Shown here piece after piece: positions 18,201 through 28,557 of a stretch of 64,000 nt of DNA. The position numbers and the translations under genes are program-made. The DNA lies in NCBI GenBank assembly GCA_008690995.1, contig VRMN01000002.1:2232001-2296000 (forward strand), written 5' to 3'. Positions within the stretch are counted from its first letter, which is position 1. Each line of letters opens with the position of its first letter. The notes under the pieces are model-generated. The model did no database searches. It saw nothing but the letters and a program-made list of their open reading frames with translations, and was not told the DNA's origin. Source of the DNA: Porphyridium purpureum. Lineage: Eukaryota.

Positions 18201-20659
18201 TCATGCTTGCGCAACGGTGCGGAGAGATGAGTTCCAAAGTTGACACCTTGCAGTACGACGACATGGACGATGGCATGGGATGCAGTGGCTCATTGTTGAC
18301 GCTTCCAAGGACAAACTTTCTGTTGGACAAGTGTGTCGAAACGCTGTGTCTTTTCGTGGAGCATTGTTTGACCGGTTTGGACAGCGCGCAAATGCCATCA
18401 AACGGTCGAGCGCAAGGCGACACGGAGGAAACAAGCTGTATTCGTGGGTTGAACGGCCTCAAGGCCTTGGTGCTGGAGTACGCCATTCCGCCAGTCTATG
18501 CTTTTGCCATGCTACGGAGTCACGTGCGATACCTTGGTGTGTATGAATCCTTGGTGTGTGACGGCGCAGCGGCCGCTATTTTAGATGGCGTGGTTCCACA
18601 ACGTGTGTGGAACTGGATACGCCCCGAGTTATACCTGACGTTCTGGCTCCTCACGCTAACAGACGTGGAGCTCCCGCGTACAGCGTATGATGCCGAGCTC
18701 GAGAATGTTAAGGCTCATATCGACTCTTTATCCGCTGACAAGGAAAAAGGCAAAGGAACACCAGGGTCGGAATCAGCTGGGATATCGGGACTGGCCGACT
18801 GGATGGCGCTTCAGGCAGGCATGGAAGCAGAGCAGCGAGACCATGTAGAGCGCGTAAACACGACGGCGCGCATGCTCGAGCGGAGCAGCAAGACTTTCTA
18901 CGTCGTTGTGGATGGAGCGGAGAGCAATCCGCATGGTGAAAGTGCTGTGCGTATTACAGCACGGTGCATGCTCGAGAGGTGTGTACTGCCTCGTGTGCGA
19001 GTATCCGTGGCAGACGCGCTTTTCTGCGCCGCTTTTCTGGAGCAATTGGATAGGCTGCCGTCGGCAAACAGTACAAGAACTGTCGCGTTCAGCACCATGA
19101 GCATTCTTGCGGCGTTCTGCGCCACGTGCAGTCAGACGATTTGGTGCTGCACTGAAAGTGAAAGCTCACGCATGGGTATTTTCTTGCATCGCCTACTTCT
19201 CTATTTGGATGACGTTCGCCGCAAAAAGCGCGCGCTCGCAGGGTCCCAGCTGGAACGTACGTTTGCATACGAGCTCGGCACGAGAACCGCCCTCAATGAT
19301 TCGAGTGGGATTTTCGCCCACTTCTCTGCCCAATTAGCGTCACTGCACGGTCAATTGCTTGATGGGATCTTGGCGAACCTGAGTGATGCAGACGACACGG
19401 TCAAGCGTAACGCGCTGCACGTACTAAGCCGAGTGGTGACGGTCTTTCCCGTGTTACAAGGACACGTGCAAAAGGTGCGCGAGGGGGTAGAGGTGCTAAA
19501 GGCGAAGGATAGCACCAAGACCATTTCGCTCAGCTATCTAAATGGACTGAGTAGTGCTCTAGAGGCTCGCGAGGGCTGGGACGCGTGTACGGACGAGGAC
19601 GCCTCAAAGTTGAGCCAGGCCGTAGTGAATGCGAGGCTGCTCGAGGATCAGCGCTCTCGGACCGAGCCAGGACTTGAACACGAGGAGATGAATGGCCCAG
19701 GCCCTATGCAGGTGGACAGCGTGGTCGATGGAACGGGATCTGCACTAGAAGTCACAGCAGACATTTTGGCGGACGTTCAAGATCTAGCAGGGACACAAAA
19801 TGAACGCCAGCAATCGACTGCTCTAGGGGAGGAGGATGAAAGTTCGAAAGAGGCAGCCAAACCAAAGCAGCCAGCGGCGCCTCGGACGGACGTGAAACTG
19901 GCTGCGGCATCGATACGAGCACCCGAAGCCAGGGCTTTGGACCTTCGAGAAAAGTTGACCAAGAATAAGGGGGAGCGAGGCGTGACTCAAGTCGTGCAGG
20001 AGCAAAGTGCTCGGCCACAAACGAGAGCCCCGGACGTGATTGGTTCGAGTGCGCAAGCGCATGAGCAATCGAAGGAGAAAGGTGTTTCAGTTGGGCTGGG
20101 CGTGAAACGGCAGCGCGAAACGGAGGCGAGCGACGCAAAGCTCGACCGCATCGGCAAGGCGCGGAAATTGGAAGGCGGCAGAGTGAAAACCGTGTCGGAA
20201 CATCCCGAATCCGCGAAGCATGAAGTTCGACCAAGTCAAGATGGAGGCGCCTCTGCGGGAGTCTTGCAATCTGGAGACATCCACGAGCGACGCTTTGTGA
20301 CGGCAAAGAGAGACGAAACAGACAAAGTTGGGTTTGGAGGCGAGCGAGGGCATAAGCACGAGCGCGGTTGGGAACGAGATCGTGTGCGCGACAGCTCTGC
20401 ATCGAAAGGCGACGAACTCGGAAAACCGTCGCAACCAGCGTCCGCTCCGCCAAAGCCAGACCTGCGACAAAGATTCATGCTTAAATCGCAGACAGAGTCT
20501 GGCGGAGCAGGACGAGGGAGCGATTCAGGACCGCAACTAGAAACACGGGACGGCCATGGCGAGCAAGTCTTTGCGGCTCCTGACGTAGGTGGTGGCATGG
20601 GCCGCGGTGGGCGCTCTGGTCGGAAAACTGGGAAGCGCCGAGGTTTCAAATCAAACTGA
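15287..20659 (+). CDS. THOC2: THO complex subunit 2
   Basis: IGTFQLAPNRV, QKLLLLESFLRLGEW, LRQVMSYGNMV, WNWIRPELYLTFWLLTLTDVELP..AYDAEL, CVLPR...S..DALFCAAF, CCTESE..RMGIFL. Disordered charged C-terminus. Confidence 0.88.
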   Translation: MQTLPEHTAVLQMQRVMTECVNTALLALGNGAEEPDWALVKPVLDGAIERIRSIRDATTAVLSTSPRMMHLSAELREEERDELRNSQVGWAFECAARDIFVPSVLNIAQNAHSHPSEQSPQALHLAPDGDRPCQDQRCAQVLRSLGEALVAQTWLKARDLIVRLPDQALAALQIVDKDYYFKMARYKRKCVVEKPPVHNLAREEPDGFTQLFWHLNDHILPRKDNSVPTTEECDTGSRSEDEISRALRRFESRTRACIGTFQLAPNRVADHALLCIQLRIERDITRAVMEKQNITFKTSSLNCTDDAVRLCPSADLVRICKSKRIERAVLDCFDEANVAYVLGTKLRGYSRTCDQRIDPLDNAIQPVPRAPLSLLLLVATLILEKKVSLKLIWAYCEPSDKALAAQNIDFWQKAKKAEHEMENERSLGGGGASAVGGRLGPRKNASPAEDTDPARQRSNRLSAIRSALRNFDSGHPCAAQTEPYDANGQKLLLLESFLRLGEWTLALAVQRRMCSVHESGVGPMTGSNAASPVHVLYDVASHAGVADAMIHLCQAVLLPLFSPSRRRFENKHGAQYSVQEEVAALTVPAGSESIQGDQRKMKQLGTFEELDLAMKNEDGMSGGIRDLLLALGVHASYNIRFVFQLATLGVGETSSVSGTSPDGTGLLAESTPRASTVAFLVSRILLPVQSVLFGDAGLLDACMWRQMSECAGLDFAERARVYADALFVMRYVHTKCMVARASATNEVRFHLRRFSSNAVAELSTKLAVCCQYGGLCVPSVLLRQVMSYGNMVAPLAKAMATLSILEFDQLLYFCLDQLEMLFMSGTHERSTNRRRAHGEAELAVRPDGTLNSKFAYLIEFLALLLSHFPASLDVPAVLHYVLDRGTSSVGAAMGTPALLLLREVLLRMCGTAVSDELGSRGIHALAMLPTSRMFVVREEKGIPVVSTESRIARERLVRAAYSSPALADSLAIMLAQRCGEMSSKVDTLQYDDMDDGMGCSGSLLTLPRTNFLLDKCVETLCLFVEHCLTGLDSAQMPSNGRAQGDTEETSCIRGLNGLKALVLEYAIPPVYAFAMLRSHVRYLGVYESLVCDGAAAAILDGVVPQRVWNWIRPELYLTFWLLTLTDVELPRTAYDAELENVKAHIDSLSADKEKGKGTPGSESAGISGLADWMALQAGMEAEQRDHVERVNTTARMLERSSKTFYVVVDGAESNPHGESAVRITARCMLERCVLPRVRVSVADALFCAAFLEQLDRLPSANSTRTVAFSTMSILAAFCATCSQTIWCCTESESSRMGIFLHRLLLYLDDVRRKKRALAGSQLERTFAYELGTRTALNDSSGIFAHFSAQLASLHGQLLDGILANLSDADDTVKRNALHVLSRVVTVFPVLQGHVQKVREGVEVLKAKDSTKTISLSYLNGLSSALEAREGWDACTDEDASKLSQAVVNARLLEDQRSRTEPGLEHEEMNGPGPMQVDSVVDGTGSALEVTADILADVQDLAGTQNERQQSTALGEEDESSKEAAKPKQPAAPRTDVKLAAASIRAPEARALDLREKLTKNKGERGVTQVVQEQSARPQTRAPDVIGSSAQAHEQSKEKGVSVGLGVKRQRETEASDAKLDRIGKARKLEGGRVKTVSEHPESAKHEVRPSQDGGASAGVLQSGDIHERRFVTAKRDETDKVGFGGERGHKHERGWERDRVRDSSASKGDELGKPSQPASAPPKPDLRQRFMLKSQTESGGAGRGSDSGPQLETRDGHGEQVFAAPDVGGGMGRGGRSGRKTGKRRGFKSN

Positions 20660-20716
20660 TCTGCCACACTTTTGTCAGGAACTCGTTCGAGTTGATACGT
20701 TCTAGAGAGCAAACAT

Positions 20717-22624
20717 TTAGTAAGAGTAGGTTGCAAACGTGCTTTTGCCCGGAAATGAGCAGTCGATGAACTTTGTGTCCTTCGATAGATCGACGTGACG
20801 CGCCTTCACTTTTGTTTTAAACACGCAGCCTTCAAATACGCACGACTTGAGCTTTGCCGAGTCAAACTTGGCATGACTGCCAAACGTGACATTGCGAAAC
20901 ACAACATTGTGCAGCACGGCGTCCTCAAAGTCGACGTCGTCAAGGAAATGGATGCTCTCAAAGACGATTGCTCGCAAATCTGCGCGCGCAAAGTTGACTT
21001 CGTGCGCAAACGAACTGTTCAAGAATGACGACTTGCGCAGCAAAGCTCCTGAAAATTCGGCCGTGTCGCTACCGCGGCTCACACTACGGATATTGCTCAA
21101 CACTACATTTTTCCACACCGAGTCACGCGCGTTCACGTCTCCGGCCAGCACCACGTCTTTCAATTCACTTTTGCTCCAACGCGTCGCCTTCATGTCCACA
21201 CCGCCGCGCAGATCCAGCACTGTGAATGTGGCGCGGTCCACATGTGCATAGCTCAGGTTCACATGACCTTGCGCTTTCATAGAGTCGAGCGCGAGCGAAA
21301 CAAGCTGAGCACCTTGGAGCTGTACATTGCCACGTGCTTCGGATGCCGAAAGGGAAACGCCCTTTACCACCAGCTTGACAAAGGATGCACCAGAGGCGAA
21401 AAGAATGTCGGTGAAAGTCGACTTTTTGGCGCGCACGCCGGCAAAACTGACCGGCAGGTCGAAGCGGATCGCGCTCACAGAGAGACCTGAGAACGAAGCG
21501 TCACGGATGAGCGAGTTTCCCTCCACGAGCACGTTGCTGATCTTGCATTTAAGCGCATGCAGTCCTTGAATGATTGACGTACCGCTTAAGCTGAGCCAAT
21601 CTATCGTGCTCGCCTTGAGTGTGAGGCCCTGCACGGCAAAGTCACTCACCAACTCCAGACCGACGAGTTGAGAGCCCCTGATGGATACGTCGGTGAGTGC
21701 AGTTAAGCCACTCAATGAGGTATTGACCAGATTGGTCGCATCGATGCTCGTACTTGTAAGGTGGACGTCGTTGAACTCTGCACTACTGATCAGACAAGAC
21801 GAAACATGCCCCTTGGTGGCTTTCAACGCACCGAGCACAACGAGCCTGCGTAGCACCGAATCGCTCATCACAGCGCTTTGCACGTCGAGCGACTCTTCAA
21901 AGACAAGATCATAGAACAGGCTTGTCATGACGTAAAGGTGCTTCATCGTCACGGCACCCTGGTGCACCGACTCGCGCCACAAGCTCTGCGAAACAATGGG
22001 CTTATCGTACACAACCGGGTTTTTGAGCACCACGTTGTGCAGGTGTGAGCGCGTGCTTCGGAACCCTTTGAGCACTGAGATGGACTCGATGCTTACGCCG
22101 TCTAGCGAGGAGCGCGCTAGCTCGAGCTTGGACGAGAGGCCCATCCCCACGATCGACGTATTCCGCACGCTCGTCTCGACAAGTGAGCGCCCGGCTTTGT
22201 ACTTGTGCACCACAAAGGTCGTGTCGTGCAGCGTGGTGTCGGCAAAGATCGACGCGGCAAGGGAGTGGTTGCCAAGCACGTCTTCGTACATGTAAAGGTC
22301 TGCGTCGCGCGACGACGTATTTGCCCAGTCCGCCTTGAGCGCCGAAGTCACAAACTGCGGCACGCGGCTGCGTTCCGTCTTGAGCGCGACGACGCGGTTT
22401 CCCGCGAAGAAGACGAGCGGCGTGCACACAGCCAGCGCGACAAACGTCACGGCAACCATCACATCCAGCTTGGACAAGCCCATCGGATACGGGCTCTTCT
22501 TCTGCTTCCCCGCCGCGGCGCTCGGCTCGCGCGGTTGCTCTTGCGCTGCGGCGTCGTCGCCCGCGGCGCGCGCCGCGAGGAGCGCGCTCTTGGGGACAAA
22601 CTTCTTCACCCCCGCCGTCGCCAT
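20717..22624 (-). CDS. Membrane-anchored pentapeptide-repeat (beta-solenoid) protein
   Basis: Single hydrophobic segment VMVAVTFVALAVCTPLVFFAG, then ~21-aa periodic repeats such as FARADLRAIVFESIHFLDDVD / FEDAVLHNVVFRNVTFGSHAK. Confidence 0.8.
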   Translation of the reverse strand: MATAGVKKFVPKSALLAARAAGDDAAAQEQPREPSAAAGKQKKSPYPMGLSKLDVMVAVTFVALAVCTPLVFFAGNRVVALKTERSRVPQFVTSALKADWANTSSRDADLYMYEDVLGNHSLAASIFADTTLHDTTFVVHKYKAGRSLVETSVRNTSIVGMGLSSKLELARSSLDGVSIESISVLKGFRSTRSHLHNVVLKNPVVYDKPIVSQSLWRESVHQGAVTMKHLYVMTSLFYDLVFEESLDVQSAVMSDSVLRRLVVLGALKATKGHVSSCLISSAEFNDVHLTSTSIDATNLVNTSLSGLTALTDVSIRGSQLVGLELVSDFAVQGLTLKASTIDWLSLSGTSIIQGLHALKCKISNVLVEGNSLIRDASFSGLSVSAIRFDLPVSFAGVRAKKSTFTDILFASGASFVKLVVKGVSLSASEARGNVQLQGAQLVSLALDSMKAQGHVNLSYAHVDRATFTVLDLRGGVDMKATRWSKSELKDVVLAGDVNARDSVWKNVVLSNIRSVSRGSDTAEFSGALLRKSSFLNSSFAHEVNFARADLRAIVFESIHFLDDVDFEDAVLHNVVFRNVTFGSHAKFDSAKLKSCVFEGCVFKTKVKARHVDLSKDTKFIDCSFPGKSTFATYSY

Positions 22625-23413
22625 GGCTCCGACCCGATGCGATCGGACTCTCGGACGCGCGCCCGCACCACCGACCAGCGGATCACCGCGTCACCAGGAC
22701 ATCCACCGACCTACCCACGCACCTTTCTCCCTCTCCTTCAGCATCTCTGCACGCAAGGCTGCGCGGTTTTGCGTTTTTTCCGCTGAACCTGCACGGAAGT
22801 ACAGCACACTGTACATCCCACAAACCGCCATGAGCGCGCGACAAATCGGTTCACGGTCCACCGGCTAAACGGCTACTCGGTAACCGATAACACGCTTGTG
22901 TCACCATCGCGCCGCTTGGCTGCGATTGTCGGAGAGGAGCAGCAAAGAGCGTGGAGCAGCTGTCCGTCGACACCCACTTCGCGGATGCAGCCGGGCGCAG
23001 AGCGCGTGGCCGCGGTTTCTCATGGGCAGGGAAATGAGTCCGGGTTGGGAAACGTCGGGCACTTGCTCAAAGGTGTGTGATCCGGTGAGTTCTCACACTG
23101 GCGACAACGCGAGATTTGTGACCGCGCGGTGTACAGTGTTTGTCTGCACGGACTGTACCTCGAACGACCACAGCGAGAAAAGACGGAGAAAAACCTGCGG
23201 GGCGCCAAAAGGTGCAGCAAAGGCTTCGATGCGGCGGCGCAGCGCCTTGGGAAGACTCGAAGCGCATCAAGTCTCGCCTGCGGGTTGGCGGTGCCGCGTG
23301 GACAACGTAGTGCGTGAGTGCATCGGTGCTCCCTGTGCGTTTCGTTCCCTCCAGTTGTCGCTCTGTCTTGGTCTGCGCGTGTGTGGTCGCATTGCGAGGG
23401 CGCGGCGGCTGGG

Positions 23414-24136
23414 ATGGTGGATGGGACGGATGAGAATGGCGTCGGCGCCGAGGCGGCTGCGGAAGCAGTGGGGAATCACGCAAAAGGGAACGAGGCAGGA
23501 GAAAAATATGAAGACGAGACAGACGCGCAGCGTGCTGCGGGCGCGCCTGCGAAAGATGCGCACGACGCGCCGAGCAAGAATGGCGCCGCGAGTGTGATTG
23601 GCGAAAGAGAATTGACGGCAATGAAGCGGCGGTTGCAGGAAATGGAGGAGGAGCAAGAGAGATTGAGCAAGATCCAAAATACCGGCGGTGTGGGGGGTGT
23701 ATCGGGTGGCGCGGCAAGTGGAGCGGGTGCAGCGGCGCTGGCATTGGGGCCCAGCGCTGGCGCTGCTGTCGCCCCGGATGTAGATGCGCGCTCAGTGTAC
23801 GTCGGGAACGTGGACTGGGGCTCGACGCCCGAGGAGCTTCAGCGGCATTTTGCCGATTGCGGCACGATCAACCGCGTCACGATTGGCACGGACAAGTACA
23901 CGGGGCAGGCGAAGGGGTTTGCGTACATTGAATTTAGCGAGGAGGACGCAGTACAAAACGCGGTGATCCTGAACGACTCTTTGTTCCGCAACCGCCAGAT
24001 CAAGGTGACGCCCAAGCGCACCAACATCCCGGGCTTCAACGTGCGCGGGCGGGGCCGCGGGCGGGGTCGAGGCCGCGGCAGCGGCGGGTACCGTGGCGGC
24101 GGCGGGTTCCGCGGAGGATATCGCGGTGGCTATTAG
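23414..24136 (+). CDS. PABPN1: Nuclear poly(A)-binding protein (PABPN1/PABP2)
   Basis: Coiled coil [25 protein letters not shown]...KGFAYIEF...KRTNIPG, RGG tail. Confidence 0.93.
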   Translation: MVDGTDENGVGAEAAAEAVGNHAKGNEAGEKYEDETDAQRAAGAPAKDAHDAPSKNGAASVIGERELTAMKRRLQEMEEEQERLSKIQNTGGVGGVSGGAASGAGAAALALGPSAGAAVAPDVDARSVYVGNVDWGSTPEELQRHFADCGTINRVTIGTDKYTGQAKGFAYIEFSEEDAVQNAVILNDSLFRNRQIKVTPKRTNIPGFNVRGRGRGRGRGRGSGGYRGGGGFRGGYRGGY

Positions 24137-25518
24137 CTCTGGCTGGTGCCGCGTCTGGTCGCAACGTGAGATCCGTGCTTGTGCCGCTTCCCCTTTTTTC
24201 TGTTCTTTGACTTCCACATTGACTAAACTGAAACCGTACCTTCAGATTCGTGACCAGTGCGACGCACAAACAGGAGGCGCTTCCGTCCACGCTATGCGGG
24301 CGCGTGCACCGAGAATCTGACCAGCCGCAGCAATTTGCACGGCTGGGGTGCCGCGCGCTAGCACATGGCCGACGACGCCGGCGGCAGCCTGAACGCCTCG
24401 CCCAGCAGGCGCCACAGTAGCAGCAATGCTGCCCATGCAAGCACCGCGCAGCCGCCTGTCACGAACCCGCGCACTCGCCGCGCACACGCCGCGCCGCGCG
24501 CGCCAAGCCGGCGCCCGACACGCTCGGCCGCCTCTCCATTCACGCCAACGGGCCTGCTCCCAACTGCGCCCACCGCACGCGCCCTCCCCTCAGACCAACC
24601 GCCACCACTCGCACGCTATTTGTGGCCGCGCCGCTGTACCCATCCACTGTACTCTCCCCACACCACACGGCCATCCTTTTCTCCACGCCCGTGTTGTCCC
24701 TATGCAGCCATCGCCGTTTTGTCATTCACGTCACGCGTGTTGTTTCTGCGATGGCTCAACGCTGTGCTCACGTTAGTTTCATCCAGGCCTACTTTCGTAC
24801 AAAAAGGTGCGTCTTTTGGAGGTTTTGGTTTTTGAGGGTTTTTTTCAAAGAGCGCGTCGAAATCTGTTTGGGACGCGGGAGGAACGCACGTGCGCATGCG
24901 GTGTTTTGTGTGCACGCACGACACATGCGCTCGCAGTACACGCAGACGCAGCAGCAGCGGCAGCGGCAGTAGCACAAAGCAAGCCGGGTCGGAAAGGGAC
25001 ACAACAGAGGCGACAGGGGACGACTGCAAGGTGACGGAGCTGGGTGGGGGTTACTTGCGGTGGGGGTCGGGATAGTTGGGGTGTGGAGGGAGAGGGAGGG
25101 GGAGAGTGGTGGTGGTGGTGGTGTGGTGTGGTGGTGTGGTGTGGATGCGAGGGCCGGTTGGTGGAAGGGGAGGGTGGGTTGCAAGGGGTAGCGCTGGTGT
25201 GCGGTGGATTTGCGCGGCGCGCGCGCGCGGACGGTGGAGGAAGCGGTGAGGCGACGCAGGCTGTGACGCGCTTGCGTGCGCAGAGAGCGCCGCGTGCGTG
25301 CGTGCGTGGAGGCGGTACTTAGAGGTGGCGCGAGGCGGTGACGCTGTGCGAGGGGGAAGGTTTCGCTGGGTGTGGCTGGATTGCGGCCTGGCGGGGGTTG
25401 GCGCGTGGGGTGGCGAGGGTGAGGGACCGCGCGCGCGGAGTGGACGTGCGGCACGGCCTGCAAGGGAGGCGTGTAGCGTAGCTGTCAGTCGGCGCGGCGA
25501 TCGCGTGCGCGCGCAGGA

Positions 25519-26250
25519 ATGTCGCAGAAGCAGGATAATGGCAGCGTGCCGCGCAGGGCGCCCGAGAGTGACCCTGACGTGGCAAATGCGGAGATGCAGA
25601 GGCTCTGCGTCACGAGCTGCGGCTTTTACGGAAATATGGCCACCCTGGGAATGTGCAGCAAGTGTTATCTCGCACACGAACAGAAACTCCCGTCGCAGGC
25701 CGCGGCCGCGCCAAAGGCCGCGTCGGGTCCCTCCCAAGACGGACAGAAGGGCATAGATCGCCTGGAACCGGCGGCGGCGTTGGCTTCGGCTTCCCCGCCG
25801 GCCGCCAGCGCGCCCCAATTGAAAGACGAGGCACCCTTATTACGCCGTGAATCTGAGAATATCCCAGCGCAGCGCCTCACGAACAAGCGGCCGCGCGAAG
25901 AGGAGCTTGAGGCGCTCAAGGAGTCTCCAGGACAGGGAGACGAGATACTTTTGAAAAGGGGCAGTGGCGACATTCCGCACATGCAAGCGGACGGCGCAAC
26001 GGAGGAGACTCGTGTGGAGAGCGCGCCAGAACAAACTGCAACCGTCGTGCAAAAAAACCCGGGCCGATGCTTTTCGTGCAGGAAAAAGGTCGGCCTCACG
26101 GGCTTCAAGTGCCGGTGTGGCTACGTTTACTGCAGCTCGCATCGGCACTCGGATGAGCACGATTGCCAGTTTGACTACCGGTCCATGGGACAGGAGCTGT
26201 TGTTTCGAAACAATCCTCAGGTCGTTTCGTCCAAGCTGGAAAAGATATAA
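25519..26250 (+). CDS. A20/AN1 zinc-finger stress-associated protein (ZFAND5/6-like)
   Basis: A20 LCVTSCGFYG...GMCSKCY and AN1 RCFSCRKKVGLTGFKCRCG..YCSSHRHSDEHDCQFDY. Confidence 0.95.
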   Translation: MSQKQDNGSVPRRAPESDPDVANAEMQRLCVTSCGFYGNMATLGMCSKCYLAHEQKLPSQAAAAPKAASGPSQDGQKGIDRLEPAAALASASPPAASAPQLKDEAPLLRRESENIPAQRLTNKRPREEELEALKESPGQGDEILLKRGSGDIPHMQADGATEETRVESAPEQTATVVQKNPGRCFSCRKKVGLTGFKCRCGYVYCSSHRHSDEHDCQFDYRSMGQELLFRNNPQVVSSKLEKI

Positions 26251-26499
26251 CCAAGCGCAAGCCCAGGCGCGGTGGTTTATGTCTTTCGTAGCGCGGAAGA
26301 CGGAAGGGAGCCGGGTGTTCTTCCTAACGGCGGGCTTTGGTCGGCCTTCTGGTCCTTTTGTTGTTTTCTATGTACAGGTTTTTTTGGTATTGGATAATGG
26401 ATCCATTAAATGCTTGAGGGATTCGTGTGAGTGTGTGTGTATCATCCTGTGTGTCCAGTTGGCCTCGAAACAGGGAAACTTGAAATTGCGGCTTTAGCG

Positions 26500-26817
26500 A
26501 TGCGCGGGCCGGAAACTGAAACCGAAAGACCGATCGCAGAACGTGCGGACGAAGCCCCGTGTGTGGCTGAAACGCAGAAGCTCTTATCGGAAACGCTTGC
26601 TCACGATGTTGTTGACGCCGCTTTTTGGGAACGCATTGGCGTGGCCGTGTTCAATTTGCGGCGCTGTGCAGAGTCGGAGGGTATTCTGAGCGTCCAAATC
26701 GACGCGTACCAGGTCGAGGATGAGTCCAAGCCGGATCCGGATGCACCCGCAGCGGCACCAGACTCCTTTGCTACCGAGTCGCCAAACGGGATTGCTGGCC
26801 ACACGGCGTACGGGTAG
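26500..26817 (+). CDS. Hypothetical small acidic protein (105 aa)
   Basis: ATG-initiated ORF with protein-like acidic composition; no recognised motif. Confidence 0.3.
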   Translation: MRGPETETERPIAERADEAPCVAETQKLLSETLAHDVVDAAFWERIGVAVFNLRRCAESEGILSVQIDAYQVEDESKPDPDAPAAAPDSFATESPNGIAGHTAYG

Positions 26818-27303
26818 GGAGTGCTTTGGAAAAGGTCGAGTTCGCGTCTTGCGTGTCGATATTGTTTATAAATGAGAATGAAAGCTCCTTGTCGAGCATC
26901 GGCACTCGCATGGTTTCTACATCATGCGAACGGCAAAATCCGCTACCTAAGTTTGTCACTCTTGTGCTCCGAGACCAGGCACACGAAAATACACCCAATC
27001 TGAAGCGATGCCACACGAATGGCAGAGACAAAAAAAAAGCGAACCCGGAAAATTACCTGCAGCAGAAATTCCACAGCGAGCACGATACACATTCACACTC
27101 GTACATGCGCGCGCGCGCCTCCTATTTAAAAAAAAAAAAAAAATTGTCAAAGGAGGGGAAGCATTCACGGCAATGAGTAAACCAGTCAATGAGAGCAGTA
27201 CGACAAAATCATGCCAAACGCCAAGTCAATCAAGCAGAATATCTTTCTTTCTTCCCGCGCCGCCAAAACCCCGCGTACAGAAGAAGGACTTATTTGTGGA
27301 AAC

Positions 27304-27960
27304 CTAGTCTGATTCGTACTCGGCCTCGGTCTTGAACTCCTCTGGGCTCCATGTTCTCTTCCTATTCTTCAAAATGAGAATAAGGCCACCGACAAGAATG
27401 GCAATAATAATGCCACCCACCACACATGCGATAATCCAGTTTTGTACCGAGCCATCCGTGCCGCCGATATCCAAAAGTGTCGGAGTGATGACGAGCGAAA
27501 AGAGATTGTACTCCGGGGGGAACGCACCCGACGACCGTATGCACTCTCCAAAGTCGCCTGGGACTTGAATGTATTCTGTGATGGCGGCCGCGTAGTCTCC
27601 TTGATCATTCGTTGGGATCGTCGAGTAATAGTCGATCAGCCACGTGTTTGAGGACAGCACCGAATCGTTAAAGTAGAGCACGCCATCCAACGGCGGCGTC
27701 TCCAGCCCCGCCAGTCCCTCTCCGAGCACGCACGTTTCGATCACGGTGTTCCGCTCTGGCGTGTAGTCGATGTCTGCGTACGACACGCCAAAGTACATGG
27801 TCACGTGCGATGGCGGCGGGAACGAGTACGGCGCCGGCTCTGCGGTGATGACCCACATCGAGTTTGCGTCCTGCGCGAGCGCGACCCCCACCGTTCCAAC
27901 CAGCATGCACAGCGCCGCGGCCGCGCCGACGACCGCACCGTTCTTCCCCATCCCCATCAT
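27304..27960 (-). CDS. Type I membrane protein of unknown function
   Basis: Signal peptide (AVVGAAAALCMLVGTVGVALA-Q), ~150-aa ectodomain, TM helix WIIACVVGGIIIAILVGGLILIL, basic stop-transfer KNRKR and short tail. Confidence 0.85.
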   Translation of the reverse strand: MMGMGKNGAVVGAAAALCMLVGTVGVALAQDANSMWVITAEPAPYSFPPPSHVTMYFGVSYADIDYTPERNTVIETCVLGEGLAGLETPPLDGVLYFNDSVLSSNTWLIDYYSTIPTNDQGDYAAAITEYIQVPGDFGECIRSSGAFPPEYNLFSLVITPTLLDIGGTDGSVQNWIIACVVGGIIIAILVGGLILILKNRKRTWSPEEFKTEAEYESD

Positions 27961-28557
27961 AAACCCGCACTTCCCGCCGCTATCGCCTTCCCCCTCGTTC
28001 CCCTCACCCCTACTTCAACACACCCTTTCCTTCATCACCAACCACAGCGCCTCTCATCCAGTGCGCCCAGTGCGTCTACTAGAAACCGCTCGTTTTGTTA
28101 TACACGCGCGCCCGCACCAACTCCAGCCGCGCGTGCGAGCGGTTTCACGCATGCGAAATCACAAAACGGGCACGCTGGCTTATGCTTGCTCGCAGCCTTG
28201 GTGTTTTCAAAACACGCGCACGCACACGCGCTGCGGCTATTTTAGGGGTGTTCCGCATCGGCGTGGATGGCGCTGTACCTACGATCACTGTACCGTGAGG
28301 CGCGTGACAATTTCGAGCAGGGTTCAGTGCGAACAGCGCGAGTACAGTCCGGGGCTTTTGTGTGTGGGTGGTGGTGGGTGGGATGTTGCGGTCTCCCGTG
28401 GCGTGGTGGGCGGTGAGCAAACGCTGGACTGCCGCACGCCCAGCGACACGCGCAACAATGCCGCATGAAATTCGCAAGTCACTTTCCTTACAATGTTTGC
28501 GTGTTAATTTAATATAAGATCCACTCGGCGCAGCCGGCCAGCCACCCCTGCTGTCGC

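Noticed and set aside
27128..27143. Poly(A) run as a retroposed-element tail
   Set aside because: No TSD or element body; more simply a T-rich 3' UTR tract of the minus-strand gene ending at 27304.
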